Shown piece after piece: positions 37,510 to 47,700 of a stretch of 64,000 bases of DNA. Origin of the DNA: Octopus vulgaris (Eukaryota). Position 1 is the first letter of the stretch, and each line of letters starts with the position of its first letter. Made by a program: the position numbers and the translations under genes. The stretch is from positions 24,986,001 through 25,050,000 of the forward strand of contig OX597821.1 in assembly GCA_951406725.2 (NCBI GenBank). The letters are read 5' to 3'. The notes under the pieces are model-generated. The model was given only the letters and a program-made list of their open reading frames with translations. It was not told the DNA's origin and searched no databases.

Positions 37510-40500
37510 CTACTACATATGTAGAAAATCGGTGTTTGTGGCATCGTTTTATTGATTTAGATGAAACTTGACACGAGTAGAACTCATGTCTGGAAACCTC
37601 GTGACATACTTAGATTGTTGAAAAAAATCAATATTAGGGCTTCTTTGATCTACATATTACAAATATTTTATTCAAACAACCCAAGGGAAATAACCTACAC
37701 CACCTGCAGTTTTTAGTGAAGTGATCAATATTTGATTCTCATGATCAGCCAATCTAATTCTGCATTTCACTACTCAGTTTTGAACTGCTATTATACTTGA
37801 TAGTTTACTAGGGTTGCAAAACGAAATACTGTGCCCTTGCTAGCTATTAATATTTTTGTGTATATGTGCTTTGATATATATGTATACATATATATTTGTA
37901 TATAAATGTATGTGTAACTCTGTTTTGGAGCAATGGATCTTGAAGCACATAAAGCTATAAACATTTACATGCTATTATTTACAGTTTTATGTGCTTTGAA
38001 GTCCATTGTTCCAAAAGAATTATTTCACATTCTTAAAAATTTATAAATTCTTATGACTTCACTATACATGTATATTTATTTATTACATCAAAGTTGACAG
38101 TCTACTCTGAGTTTCACCCTTTGTTAGCGAAAATTCATTAACAAAAATGATAAGCCTGCATTTTTTGGGTTGATGCATAATTATTGCGGCTTTTTTTCAA
38201 CAAATTTTATTCAACAAAAACATCTTTAAATGACCATCTGACCGTCTGCCAAACAAATGGGAAACAGTAATTGAAGTAGATGGTGAATATGCTCCGGAAT
38301 AATCATTTACAGATGTTTCTGTTACATATTGTTATTTTTTTGTTGAAAAAGGTCGCAATAATTATGTACCAATCCAATACAAACGAAGCAAATTTTCAAA
38401 CTTTTGTATTGCCCAGTATATTTAGCTACGAGTTACTTGAATACAAAATTCTAAGAAAATATAAGAAATACAAACTTTTTTCAGTAGAATCCCGAGTATT
38501 TTAGATTGCTAATTTAAGAGAGTGTTGTCAGTACAGTGTAGTCAAGGTTGTTGAGAAGTCAGTGTATCTATGGTTGAATGGTAGTTGTGAAAATTAACTT
38601 ACTAACTTGTTCAGTGACTTAGTGACATATTAGTTTGATTGGTTGTCTTTCTACCTGCTGTTGGCAGATTGACAATTGTTGGACTGGTTAACTAGAACTT
38701 AGCAGCTGACTAGCTCTAGTACCTATTGGAATGGTACTGGCTCTAGAATACTTTTGCTTTTTTTAAGTGTGGCTTGAACTTCACAAAGATGATAATGATA
38801 ATTGACTTTGACAGATGGCATGACACCATACTGGAGAAGAACCATGCATACATGAAAAATAGATGTAAAAATGATAAACCTTGGGTTAGCTTTAAGAATT
38901 AAGTGATCATCTTATGTCTTTTCCAGAAATAGTTTGTCAAAGACTACATTATATGTACTTCTCTTCTTTTTATTTAATAAAGCTGTAGGATATGATTCAA
39001 GGAAGATCTAACAGATTTCATGATTGTGTAAAAGTTCCTTTTTTAGCTGAGGTATATATGTGAGTAGACATAGGAAGTGGCTTTTGTAGTCTCAGCTAAG
39101 TCCTGCTAAAGCTGATCTCTGATCAAAAGTGCTCCAGTTATAACCAGCAACCCATTTTTTTTTTTTTGCACAAGTCTTCCTTTAAGATGGCTGGGTGTGA
39201 TTTATATTTTTTATCAGAATTGGTGAACAAAACTATTGTTGGTTACAACTTTCTAGCAGTCAAGTTTCTGGTTCACTACACTTTTGATAATGACAAGAGA
39301 GTGTAAATCTGGAAGCTTCATTTGTAAACATAAGTTTGATACATATCAACACATATATTTAAGACTATGTATTACAGGCATATTTAAAATATACATGTTA
39401 TCCTACCTAACAGAAAAACCATGCTTAAAGGTTTTGTACAGCCAGCCTTGTTTCTATATAATATGGCAAACAAACAAGTCCATATGAAGATATATTTATG
39501 CTTAAATCTCTTCAGTCTTGGTCTAGAATAATATTGTTGTACTTATAAACATTTCCTGTTATACTTAATTGTTAAGTGACTTGTAGAAAAAAATGCACTA
39601 AAACTACAGACATGGTTTTTACATAGAACAGGAATAAATTCTCACCTGGTTTCTATGGATGTCTTATGTAACATTCTACATAAAATATACAATTTAATCA
39701 CACACACCAATTCTGTTTTCACCCTAGTTATATATTCATTACGTACTATTTATTAAACTATAGATTAATTAGTAATCCAGCTACAAAGAATTTCTCCTTT
39801 AGTATATATATAATTTGAAAGTAAAGAAGACAATAAAAACTGAAACAAATGCATTTTGAATAAACATTTAATGTCTTCCTTGTCCAGGATGAAGTCAGAA
39901 ATATCCTGAAAACTGAAATGAATGAACTGCAGAAAAAATTTCTTTTTGAAGCTGTAAGTAGTAACTTTTTTTTCCCTTTACAAGAGATACAGATAAATCT
40001 TTGTTGCAATGCTTTGGACTGGGGTTGACCAACAGAATATTCCTGGTATTTTAAGGAACTTGGAGAGCAGAAATACAATGTTAACCCTGGCAGAGACAAA
40101 ACTTAAAAAACACAAACAATTTAGTAGGAACACACCAACTATTAATCACTTTGTATGTCACTCAACACACTCACTTTCTTCCTCTGTTTCTAAATTTGGT
40201 TTGGTCTGGAGGCATGAACTCTGCCCGTGGCCTTTGCTAGTTCCCCAAGACCTATGAAATCAATACTGTTGATGCTCTTGAACAAATGTAGAAAAAACAA
40301 GGAATCTCACTGTAGCATTAGTAAAAGTACCAGAGTGAGGTGACAACTCCAAATTCTAATCAACAGGTATTTTGTGTTGGGTAAGTGACTTCATGCCAAT
40401 CAGTCAAGTCTTTTTTGGGAGACATGTTTTAAATAATTACAAAGGTTCCTACATTAACATAGAACTATCAATATGTAATTGAGTTGAACTCAAAGTACTG

Positions 40501-41121
40501 ATAATTAGTTTTGTTGTCTCCTGAGAGAATAGAGCCACTCATTCCAAACAGGATGGTTAGCTAAAATTCTTTCGGTTTGACAATCAGCTGTCCTATGAGC
40601 TAAATTAATAAAATAACACCATCTCCCACCTTGTGCTAACAATACAATCCCAAACAACACTTATTCTTTAACACCCATTTTCTTATAGGTGGGATAGTTT
40701 TTGTTAGAACAGTTGGTTTTACAACAAAGTGAATGTACTTCCTGCAATCATTATCATCATCAACATTTAACATCCATTTGTTGATCAACAGACGTTAAAT
40801 AATGATGATAGGTATTCAAATGTTAAGGAGGGAGTGGAATTTTTGTTCATTTCGAAAAATTGGAACAAGCTCAAGTCACTTGCTAAGATACACACTACTA
40901 TGCTATAAACAGTGTGGTTTATAGTATAGTACCACATCCTGGACTTGTTTATTGTATATGTAACTGATACATCCAAGGACTATTGCACACATGGAGGTGG
41001 GTGACAGGGGAATTACCTTCATTATTTCTTCCCTTTGAAAACCTTTAATTTTTATTTTCCATTGTAGACCCAGCAAGAGATGCAACAGATCCAAAGTCGT
41101 CTTTACAAAATTCTCATCTGA
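776..41121 (+). CDS. Multi-exon gene (5'-incomplete): synaptonemal complex axial element protein of the SYCP2/SYCP3 family with C-terminal Cor1-type coiled coil; architecture favours SYCP2-like
   Basis: Exons 776-825, 10336-10522, 12974-13600, 14208-14253, 16786-17018, 22908-23002, 24259-24358, 26998-27056, 35881-35959, 39888-39953 and 41068-41121 all have AG/GT ends and join in phase into one 531-aa open frame. The C-terminus ([23 protein letters not shown]...KVW...[21 protein letters not shown]...[33 protein letters not shown]) aligns by eye with vertebrate SYCP3 ([23 protein letters not shown]...HVW...[21 protein letters not shown]...[32 protein letters not shown]). Confidence 0.85.
5040..6390 (+). 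mobile_element. Degenerate L1/Tx1-clade LINE ORF2 fragment (AP endonuclease to start of RT)
   Basis: ORF 5046-5624 has endonuclease motifs ([17 protein letters not shown]...SYLNRV, TDHRFV); ORF 5969-6397 has SPGLDGLPY; multiple frameshifts. Confidence 0.85.
6620..9560 (+). mobile_element. Second degenerate L1/Tx1-clade LINE ORF2 copy (RT to 3' end)
   Basis: [40 protein letters not shown] and AYADNI in broken frames; ends in aataaaataaa near 9547. Boundaries approximate. Confidence 0.85.
10336..10522 (+). CDS. SYCP2/3-like exon ([11 protein letters not shown]...KKLKKNYK, lysine-rich)
   Basis: ttttcag acceptor; AAG/gtttta donor (weak); lies within ORF 10322-10624; phase 2 to 0. Confidence 0.7.
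12974..13600 (+). CDS. SYCP2/3-like large Ser-rich exon (209 codons)
   Basis: aaacag acceptor and TGG/gtaaat donor; contains ORF 13052-13624; phase 0 to 0. Confidence 0.85.
14208..14253 (+). CDS. SYCP2/3-like exon ([15 protein letters not shown])
   Basis: catttag acceptor and AAG/gtaaat donor; its phase 0 to 1 bridges the neighbouring exons. Confidence 0.75.
15360..15800 (+). mobile_element. 5'-truncated RTE LINE 3' end with decayed (GAT)n tail
   Basis: Degenerate GRGRP-like C-terminus and a 3' UTR homologous to 31640-32138; GAT/GAC-repeat tail. Confidence 0.7.
15810..16752 (+). mobile_element. Tc1-family DNA transposon remnant (transposase pseudogene, right TIR intact)
   Basis: Tc3-type HTH ([10 protein letters not shown]...[11 protein letters not shown]), [19 protein letters not shown] and [15 protein letters not shown]; ends ...ttgtgcaacccctg followed by TA. 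Confidence 0.9.
16786..17018 (+). CDS. SYCP2/3-like exon (LPTKTVKR...[10 protein letters not shown])
   Basis: ttcttag acceptor and gtaagt donor; within ORF 16725-17036; start of the Cor1-like region. Confidence 0.85.
17636..18148. mobile_element. MITE with long (about 160 bp) terminal inverted repeats, TA-flanked
   Basis: catggaaaaatg...cctggaaaagtacaggacaagttat...aatattgcagc is mirrored by gctgcaatatt...ataacttgtcctgtacttttcc...catttttccatg. Confidence 0.85.
18188..19512 (+). mobile_element. Non-autonomous Helitron/Helentron-like element
   Basis: 5' ttacctccaccaa...ggaggttatgtttt; 3' cttggcagaggt (subterminal inverted repeat), then gtgctctcctagtgc hairpin and ttttCTAGt. Confidence 0.6.
20229..20622 (+). 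mobile_element. tRNA-derived SINE, family A (full-length copy); related copies near 2075-2365, 2460-2655, 26175-26800, 33600-33770(-), 36195-36475(-), 44610-44890, 46268-46440
   Basis: A box tggctgtgtggt and B box ggttcagtccc, internal (TA)n(TG)n tract, shared 3' end gctccagcatggccgcagtcaaatgactgaaacaagtaaaaga. Confidence 0.85.
22205..22690 (-). mobile_element. RTE-clade (Rex3/Expander-like) LINE 3' fragment; related fragments at 42780-43360(+) and 60780-61620(-)
   Basis: ORF 22189-22671 has QTAEMKF, IERSQLW.YGH and RGRP.MRW motifs. Confidence 0.8.
22908..23002 (+). CDS. SYCP2/3-like exon ([31 protein letters not shown])
   Basis: atag acceptor and CG/gtaagc donor; contains the conserved VW of the Cor1 domain. 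Confidence 0.85.
24259..24358 (+). CDS. SYCP2/3-like exon ([33 protein letters not shown])
   Basis: ttttag acceptor and gtatgt donor; phase 2 to 0; coiled-coil composition. Confidence 0.85.
24730..25645 (+). mobile_element. Degenerate RTE-like LINE RT/3' fragment
   Basis: Broken [25 protein letters not shown] and KVQVFR motifs; (tgacc)n tail near 25633. Confidence 0.7.
26998..27056 (+). CDS. SYCP2/3-like exon ([19 protein letters not shown])
   Basis: ttttcag acceptor and gtaaga donor; phase 0 to 2. Confidence 0.85.
27966..28195 (+). repeat. 34-bp tandem repeat, about 6.5 copies, in the RTE 5' UTR
   Basis: Unit aataccg(a/g)tgaacactgttctcacc(c/g)ccaccacc starts at 27966, 28000, 28034, 28068, 28102, 28136 and 28170. 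Confidence 0.95.
28605..31895 (+). pseudogene. RTE ORF (EN-RT) interrupted by one clear frameshift near 29840 and probably one near 28730
   Basis: [12 protein letters not shown]...ENSDVMGEK continues in the RT frame from about 29841. The ATG at 28605 is out of frame with the endonuclease by one base across a C-run. Confidence 0.8.
32139..33578 (-). mobile_element. 5'-truncated RTE LINE of a sister subfamily, tail-to-tail with the plus-strand copy
   Basis: ORF 33131-33643 (YADD, same Zn finger) and ORF 32661-32888 ([17 protein letters not shown]); (atc)n tail at 32139-32154; truncated at a (TA)n tract. Confidence 0.95.
34431..34696. repeat. Near-perfect palindrome with about 125-bp arms, TA-flanked (Penelope-like terminal sequence or fold-back MITE)
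   Basis: 34431-34557 is the reverse complement of 34569-34696 with very few mismatches. Confidence 0.9.
35881..35959 (+). CDS. SYCP2/3-like exon ([26 protein letters not shown])
   Basis: ttgtag acceptor and CAG/gtaaag donor; phase 2 to 0. Confidence 0.85.
37375..37505. repeat. Compound (CA)n/(TA)n/(GAT)n microsatellite, representative of many in the window
   Basis: Visible directly in the sequence. Confidence 0.95.
38165..38379 (+). mobile_element. Internally deleted mariner element
   Basis: TIRs ttgggttgatgcataattattgcggc and gtcgcaataattatgtaccaatccaa(TA); the interior encodes the mariner C-terminus [16 protein letters not shown]. Confidence 0.8.
39888..39953 (+). CDS. SYCP2/3-like exon ([22 protein letters not shown])
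   Basis: tgtccag acceptor and gtaagt donor; carries the K-x-EM-xx-LQKK motif of SYCP3/SYCP2. Confidence 0.88.
41068..41121 (+). CDS. SYCP2/3-like terminal coding exon ([17 protein letters not shown])
   Basis: ttgtag acceptor; TGA at 41119-41121; matches the SYCP3 terminal [16 protein letters not shown] pattern. Confidence 0.85.
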   Translation, partial: TQQEMQQIQSRLYKILI

Positions 41122-41544
41122 ATCAAAAAAAGCCCCCAGTTTTGGTTTTATAATTAACACAAGTTTCATGAATTTACTATTCTGTTCAATTACATCGTTT
41201 CATTTCAGATATAAAACTAAACAAACATGTCAAAGTGTATTGTATTGATTTTATTATTATTTTCAGCTTAAGAATAACTATATGTAAATCTGTACAACAA
41301 TTAAAATAACCACTGCACAAGTCACTGACCAGCGGATAACAGGCAACACTACATTGCAGCAGGTGTGTGTGTGTGTGTGAGAGAAAGAAAGATAGACAGA
41401 GAGAAAGACAAGAAGAGGCAGTGGTAGAGCAACCACAAAATAAAAAGGTACCCCTAGCATGAGGAACCTGCTGCATTGTTTTCATGGAATCTCTTGGAAA
41501 GGATTAGTCTCATCCTCAGCAAGGAAAAGACGAAGCAGTTTCTT

Positions 41545-41778
41545 TCAGGAGGCTGTGCTGCCACTGTTATCAAATGTGGGTGGGGCAGTGGTGGTGGTAG
41601 TGGTGGTAGTGGTGGTGGTTGTGGAGCTTAATGAAGCGGGAGGACTGCTGACCACAGAGCCAAGTACTGACGGAACTTGTCCACTATTTTCTCTGGTCAG
41701 CCGTGGGTCCTTTGGCCAGGGTTTAGCTCGTACACGGTAAAATTTGGTGCCCATTGGTACACGATACCGATTCTGGTA
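41545..41778 (-). CDS. RB1CC1: RB1CC1 terminal coding exon (YQNRYRVPMGTKFYRVRAKPW plus Ser/Thr tail)
   Basis: ttttcag acceptor; contains ORF 41545-41754; stop codon at 41545-41547. Confidence 0.93.
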   Translation of the reverse strand, partial: YQNRYRVPMGTKFYRVRAKPWPKDPRLTRENSGQVPSVLGSVVSSPPASLSSTTTTTTTTTTTTAPPTFDNSGSTAS

Positions 41779-44700
41779 CTGAAAATAGAATGCAGGAACA
41801 AAAACATGTAAGATTATGTTCTGTTGATAAAACCATGGAGAAGAGGAAGAAGAATGGTTAGGAACTTACTTTTTTAGCAATGCAGTATTCCTTATCTGTA
41901 ATAATTCCCAACACCCAGGGTTCACGGGGTGTACTCATACCTAACAAAAAGAGAGAGAGGGAGCAGAGGAGATTGGGAAATTGTTTAATGAGATATCAGT
42001 TTACAAGATTATTTTATAACAAGGTATGAAGGAGATCTGAACTTACGTGATCGCAACCCCAGGTTGTCAAGACAGTCTGTGTGTAGGAAATGTAAAGTGT
42101 TCCCTACTGTAAATACTACATAATGTCCATGTTCCTCATCCAGACAGAGCAGCACCAGGTCTCCAGACTGGAAACTACACAAAGACAGAGAAGATGAATC
42201 AGAAGATGAAGTGGACTACATGGACACGGGGAGAGGGAACTGTGGTGGTAAAGTGGACTACAGTATTGTGAAGACTGAAACATGAAATGGAGAAGGAGAC
42301 GGTTGTAGTAAAGTAGACAATAACATGGGGGCTAGGAAACTGTCATGATAAAGTGGGCTAAAACATGAGTGGGGAAGGGATATTGTTGAGAGATAATATG
42401 GGCTCCAACAGGAGTGAAATAGGAAAATGAGCAACTGACCTTGTGATGGAAACTTTATCTTGGTCAAAAACACTGGCACTCATGGATAACTCCATCTGGA
42501 AGAACGACAAGAACATCATAATTAACAGTGAATGAGACTGAGAGTTGCAGATCGTTATTAAGGCTGATGGATTGTGAGAATTAGTAGAGTGTGAGATGAA
42601 AGTTGTTTGTGACATTTCTCTCTTTCTGGTCTAAATTCAGTCAACTTTGTCATTCATCTTTCCAAGGCTAATAAATTAAGTCAAAAGCTGAGGGCAATAT
42701 AATCTCCAATAATGTCCCCTGCAAATTAGTGACCTTCCACAAGTATTAAAAATGATTGTTTTTGGTTTGCTGCTGAGTGCTGCAAAGCAAAGATGAGAAT
42801 TAGTCTTCCCAAGGCTCTCTGCATGTTAGCAGAACATCATTGACACAGGTGGAGAAGTTTAAGTATCATGGGGCCATATTGATGATTAATTAACAAGGGG
42901 CTGAATTGGATATAAGAATTGCAGATGCAGGCACAATAATGCAACAGCTCCAGCATTCAGTTGTGAGAAGAGAAGAGGTTGGTAAAAAAGCCAAACTTAG
43001 TATCTTCAATTTGGTTTCCATGCCTATCCTTACCTATGGTTATGAATGATGGGTAATAATTGAAAGAGTATGATCATGAATACTACCAGTTGAAATAGGG
43101 TTCCTCTGAAGGATCTCCGGAGTAACATTACTAGACAGGGTGCATAGCTCAGAGATCAGGAAGTCTCTCCAGAGTGAGCTTCTACTTTTTTGCATTGGGA
43201 TGTCATAGCTCTGATACTATGGAGATATAAGAATGTTGCAGCAGGCTTAAAGCCATATGGTAGGAGTACACCAAGAATGAGAATCCAGTCAGAAAGTATT
43301 GAGGTTTCTACCCACATGCCACAACCTTCTCAGGAACCGTTGGCAGAGAAGATGGATTGATGAGTTTCTAAGATTGAGATCCAGAGTTTTTTGTATGGAG
43401 CAACTAACTAACTATAGCTGACTGAAGCTGTTCACATGTATATTACAGGTTAAACACACACACACGAAAGATAAAGTTACATTTAGCAGGATTTGAACTC
43501 AGAACCCCAAGAACAAGATTAAATAGATAGTAACCTCTAATATCTATGGAAGTAGGATTCTTTGATCAAAACAAAATGTTTTTCTTCATTAGGAAATTTG
43601 AACTCGGTACTTTGAATTAACAAAACATTTGTCAACTTTACAGTGCTATGCTGCATTCTGTAGTATCATTGATATGAAGTACTGATCTTTCGACTAGTAG
43701 CTAATTATTTATTTTCAGCATCAATGACATTAGGAAGAGCATCCAGCCTTAGAAATTGTGTTAAAGCAGACATTGGAGCCTGATGCAGTCCTCAGGTTTG
43801 CCAGCTCCTTTCAAACCATCCAACCCATGCCAGCATGGAAAGCAGACATTAAATGATGATCATTAATATCATTGTCATTATTATTAAGCAGTCAATGGAT
43901 GGAAGTAGGTTTCGTATTTATTTTCACCCCTTTACATTCCAAGTTCAAATCCAGCTAAAATCAACTTCACTCTCCATCCTTCTTTCATTAGAAAATCAAA
44001 TTCCAATCAATATGACCAAATAGACTCTTCTGGCTCTTTCTGAATTCAAATCCTGCCAAGGTTAACTTTGCTTGTCATCTCTCCAAGGTTGATACAATCA
44101 GCTAATCCTATCCCCCCAAAATTTCAACCTTTGTGCCTATATGGGAAACAATTACTATACCACTTACCACTTTTGACTGCAGTTTTTCTATTCTTTCATC
44201 TTTATTTCGGATTGTCTGAAATATAGGGTAAAGGTGAAAAAAATATGAAGGAGTGATGAGAAAGAATATTGTCCAAAGAGAGTGAGTGTGGTGTAATTTG
44301 GAGTATGTCGAGAAAGATAGCGGAAAATATAACTTACCTTCTTCAAAGCTTTCAGTTTATCAACAGATTCTTCTTCATATCTACAATATGAACAACAGAA
44401 CAAGTATAGTAGAATGGTTAGTGATGGTGATAATATGATGGCAGTGGTGAAGGTGATGATGATGAAAGCAGTGGTGGTGCTAAGCTACACTGCAGTGTGT
44501 CCAGCTATACACAAACCACATGCACACCCACACACACATCTGTAGTTCTGACTGGAGTTAAACTTAAAACAACATAAACCACTTCCTGCTCAATCTTTCT
44601 GTCACTATACGGTGATTGTGTGGTTAGAAGTTTGCTTCCCAACCACATGATTTTAGGTTCAGTCTCACTGCAGGGCACCTTGGTCAAATGTCTTCTGCTA

Positions 44701-47700
44701 TAGACCCAGTCAACCCAAAGCCTTGTGAGTTGATTTGGTAAACAAAAACTGAAAGAAACCCTTTGTGTATGTATATATAAATTATGTGTGTGTGTTTGTC
44801 CCCTGCCACTGCTTGACAAACAATTTTTGTTTGTTTATGTCTCTGTAACTTAGCAGTTTACTAAAAGAGACTGGTAGAATAAGTGCCAAATTAAAAAAAA
44901 AAAATAACTACTAGGGTCTCCTAATCTCAAACATCATGTGATGGTTGTAAGCATCATGCAACGTTTCCATCCAACCCATGTTAACATGGAAAAGTGGATG
45001 TGAAAACAATGATTTGGTTTGTATGATTACATTTCAGTCGGTTCATTTTGTTGTTTCTATTCCTTTATATAAGTTGTAAATATAGTCGAGTTAACGGTTC
45101 CTCATAAAGATAATATGAACGCCGCCCAGGCTTGAAAATTTAACCGTTATGTAAACCTACTCGAGGAATGTGAAGACGCAGGCTGGAAAGCAGAACATTT
45201 TCCAATCAAAGTCAGATGTAGAGGGTTCGTTGGACACAGTGTGAGACGACTGTTGTTATCGCTAGGACTAACTCATCGTAAAGTCAATACCACCATGACT
45301 GATATCCAATCTACAGTGGAGAAGGCTAGCCACTGGATTTGGTTAAAAAGAGACGATGAGCGATGGCTAGAAGGATATTGAGCTTTATTTGATAACCAGC
45401 TGATCTAGCAAGTGGGTCCTCATATCAGTGAGGGGGGCCGGTGTGCATTGATGCCGTCGAGAGGTAGGCCCCGAAACGGCGCACATTCTCTCCTGATGAC
45501 CCCATACACTTACTGGCTTCCGGTATACGGAGCTTTTGACTGGTAGCACTTGCATGTGCAAGTTGTTTGCAAGGCATATAAGGGATTGAACTCAGAAGGT
45601 TTACTTCTTTCAACATCATTACTACACCCTCAGTCCCCGAGTCCGAGGAGTGTTTAATATAGGGTCAGAGTTGTTTAGGAGAGCAGTTTTCACATCAGTG
45701 ATGGTTTTTTTCACTGCAATACTGAACAAGTTTTATGTTAACACAATAAAATTATGTTATCCCACTGCATTATGGATTACGACTTGGATACATTCAGCTT
45801 CACAGGTCATTGTTTCCTATTTTACTAACCTAAATAATTAACATACTGTGTTTATTTGATCAGTATAAAATACAGCCTAAATGAGTATATAGCTATTCTG
45901 GCAAAGTTACTTATGTAGTCAGTATTTTTATGGTCTGGTCAAAATCTCTCTCCTATTTTACAAGTAACATTTTTTTTTTTTTTTATAATTTCACTATTTT
46001 AGAGTGCAAAGTGACAGAACAAAATGTTCAACAAGAATGTAAACACAATGACAACTTTTACACGTGCATATACACACACATACACTTACGATGGCCTTCC
46101 TTGCAGTTTCCATCTGCCAATTTTATTCATAACGCATGATCAGCTTGAGGCAATAATAGAAAATATCTGCTCAGGTACTGTGCAGTGCAGTTGCACCGAA
46201 GGTCATATGGTTGCAAACTAAACATTTTAACTACCCTACATTTATATACACCTACGTGTATATGTGCACAGGCATGGCTGTGTGGTTAAGAGGCTTGCTG
46301 CCTGTGTTGTCTCAGGTTCAGTCCACTGCATAGCATCTTGGGCAAGTGTCTTCTACTATATAACCTTGAGCTGACTAAAGCCTTGTGAATGGATTTGGTA
46401 GATAAAAGATGAAAGAAGCCCATTGTGTGTGTGTGTGTTGGATTAACTTGTTTTGATCTGTGATGAATGTAAACAAACATCACTATCAACCAAGTGATGT
46501 TGTTCATCTTCCAGTTTTTCGTGGAAAGCATGCCTGGCCATGTAGAAATATTACCTTGCTTGGAAACAAGTGAGGGTTGGTGACAGATGGGGCATCTGGC
46601 TGTAGAAAAGTCTGCTTCAATGAAATTCCACCCAACCCATGCACACACACACAGTTTGTGGGGGGAGAGTCTTCTTCCTTGGTTGCCACCTGCAGATCAC
46701 TGATTTGATCATTATTACTCCCTCTTATATTGCCAATAAGCATTGATGCTTTCTGAGAACGTCTGGATTCTTTCATTCCACCTCTTAGTATACCCACCCA
46801 CACACAACTCTTTCCTCTGCTTAACAACCAGTGGCAGCTGTGACCCTCCTAACCATGCATCGACTATTTTATGTTACTAGACGTTTTCTTTTTTTTCTTC
46901 TTCCATGACATACCTCTGCCATATCCACGTAACACCCCCTCTGCTTCCCTCTGCAATTTACCAATCATTGTTCTGTTATCCTTCTCAAGAGCAATACTGG
47001 TCATGTAGGACATTGTGGATGTAACTACAATCCCACCAGCTTCCTCATACCTCACACATCTCCCTTAGTTTCTCATTTGCCCACTCCAATATATATGTCT
47101 CTCCATACAGAAATCACTGACTGAAGCATGATGATGACAATGATGATTTTGATGATATGATAGTGAATAGTGTACTGAAAGCCTATATAGCTCTCTTTCA
47201 AGCAGCTGCAACCAAGCCATTTCACTGTACCAGAAAGCTTTATCCTTGATTAGCTTTGGTAGGTCCTCAAATTCATGTTGCGTGTGTTGCAAATAACATC
47301 AATGTGTGAATAGTCTTTGTTCTCCTTTGGGCTGCAGAAGTAACATCTGATATGACCCATGGTTCAACATGATAGCAATGACTAGCAAAGCCTACCCTTC
47401 ATAAACAGCTGGCGGTTAAATATTTGCAAGTTCACAATGCTGGCATTCTTCAGAGTGTATTCTTCTCTATGGAGCTGAAACCTGGACCAAAAGCACCATC
47501 TCTATGGTAGATACATGTTCTTATCAGGACTCAAACATCTCATATGTGCACAAGACCAAGGAAGACATTTATGGACATATATCCATATCTCTCTCTCTAT
47601 TATATAGCACATATGAGCATAATTGACAAATCACAGTAACTATGGAAACTAATAACAGAGTCACTGGTTGATCTCTGTTACCATGGTAACTTGTGCTTTC

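Noticed and set aside
37252-37555. [14 protein letters not shown] ORFs here and elsewhere in the ORF track
   Set aside because: They are translations of (TA)n and (CA)n microsatellites and SINE bodies.
45470-45502. Type II hammerhead ribozyme (GAAAC...CTGATGA) in the Hero 3' UTR
   Set aside because: The flanks that would form stem II are both C-runs and cannot pair, and there is no stem III or cleavage triplet.
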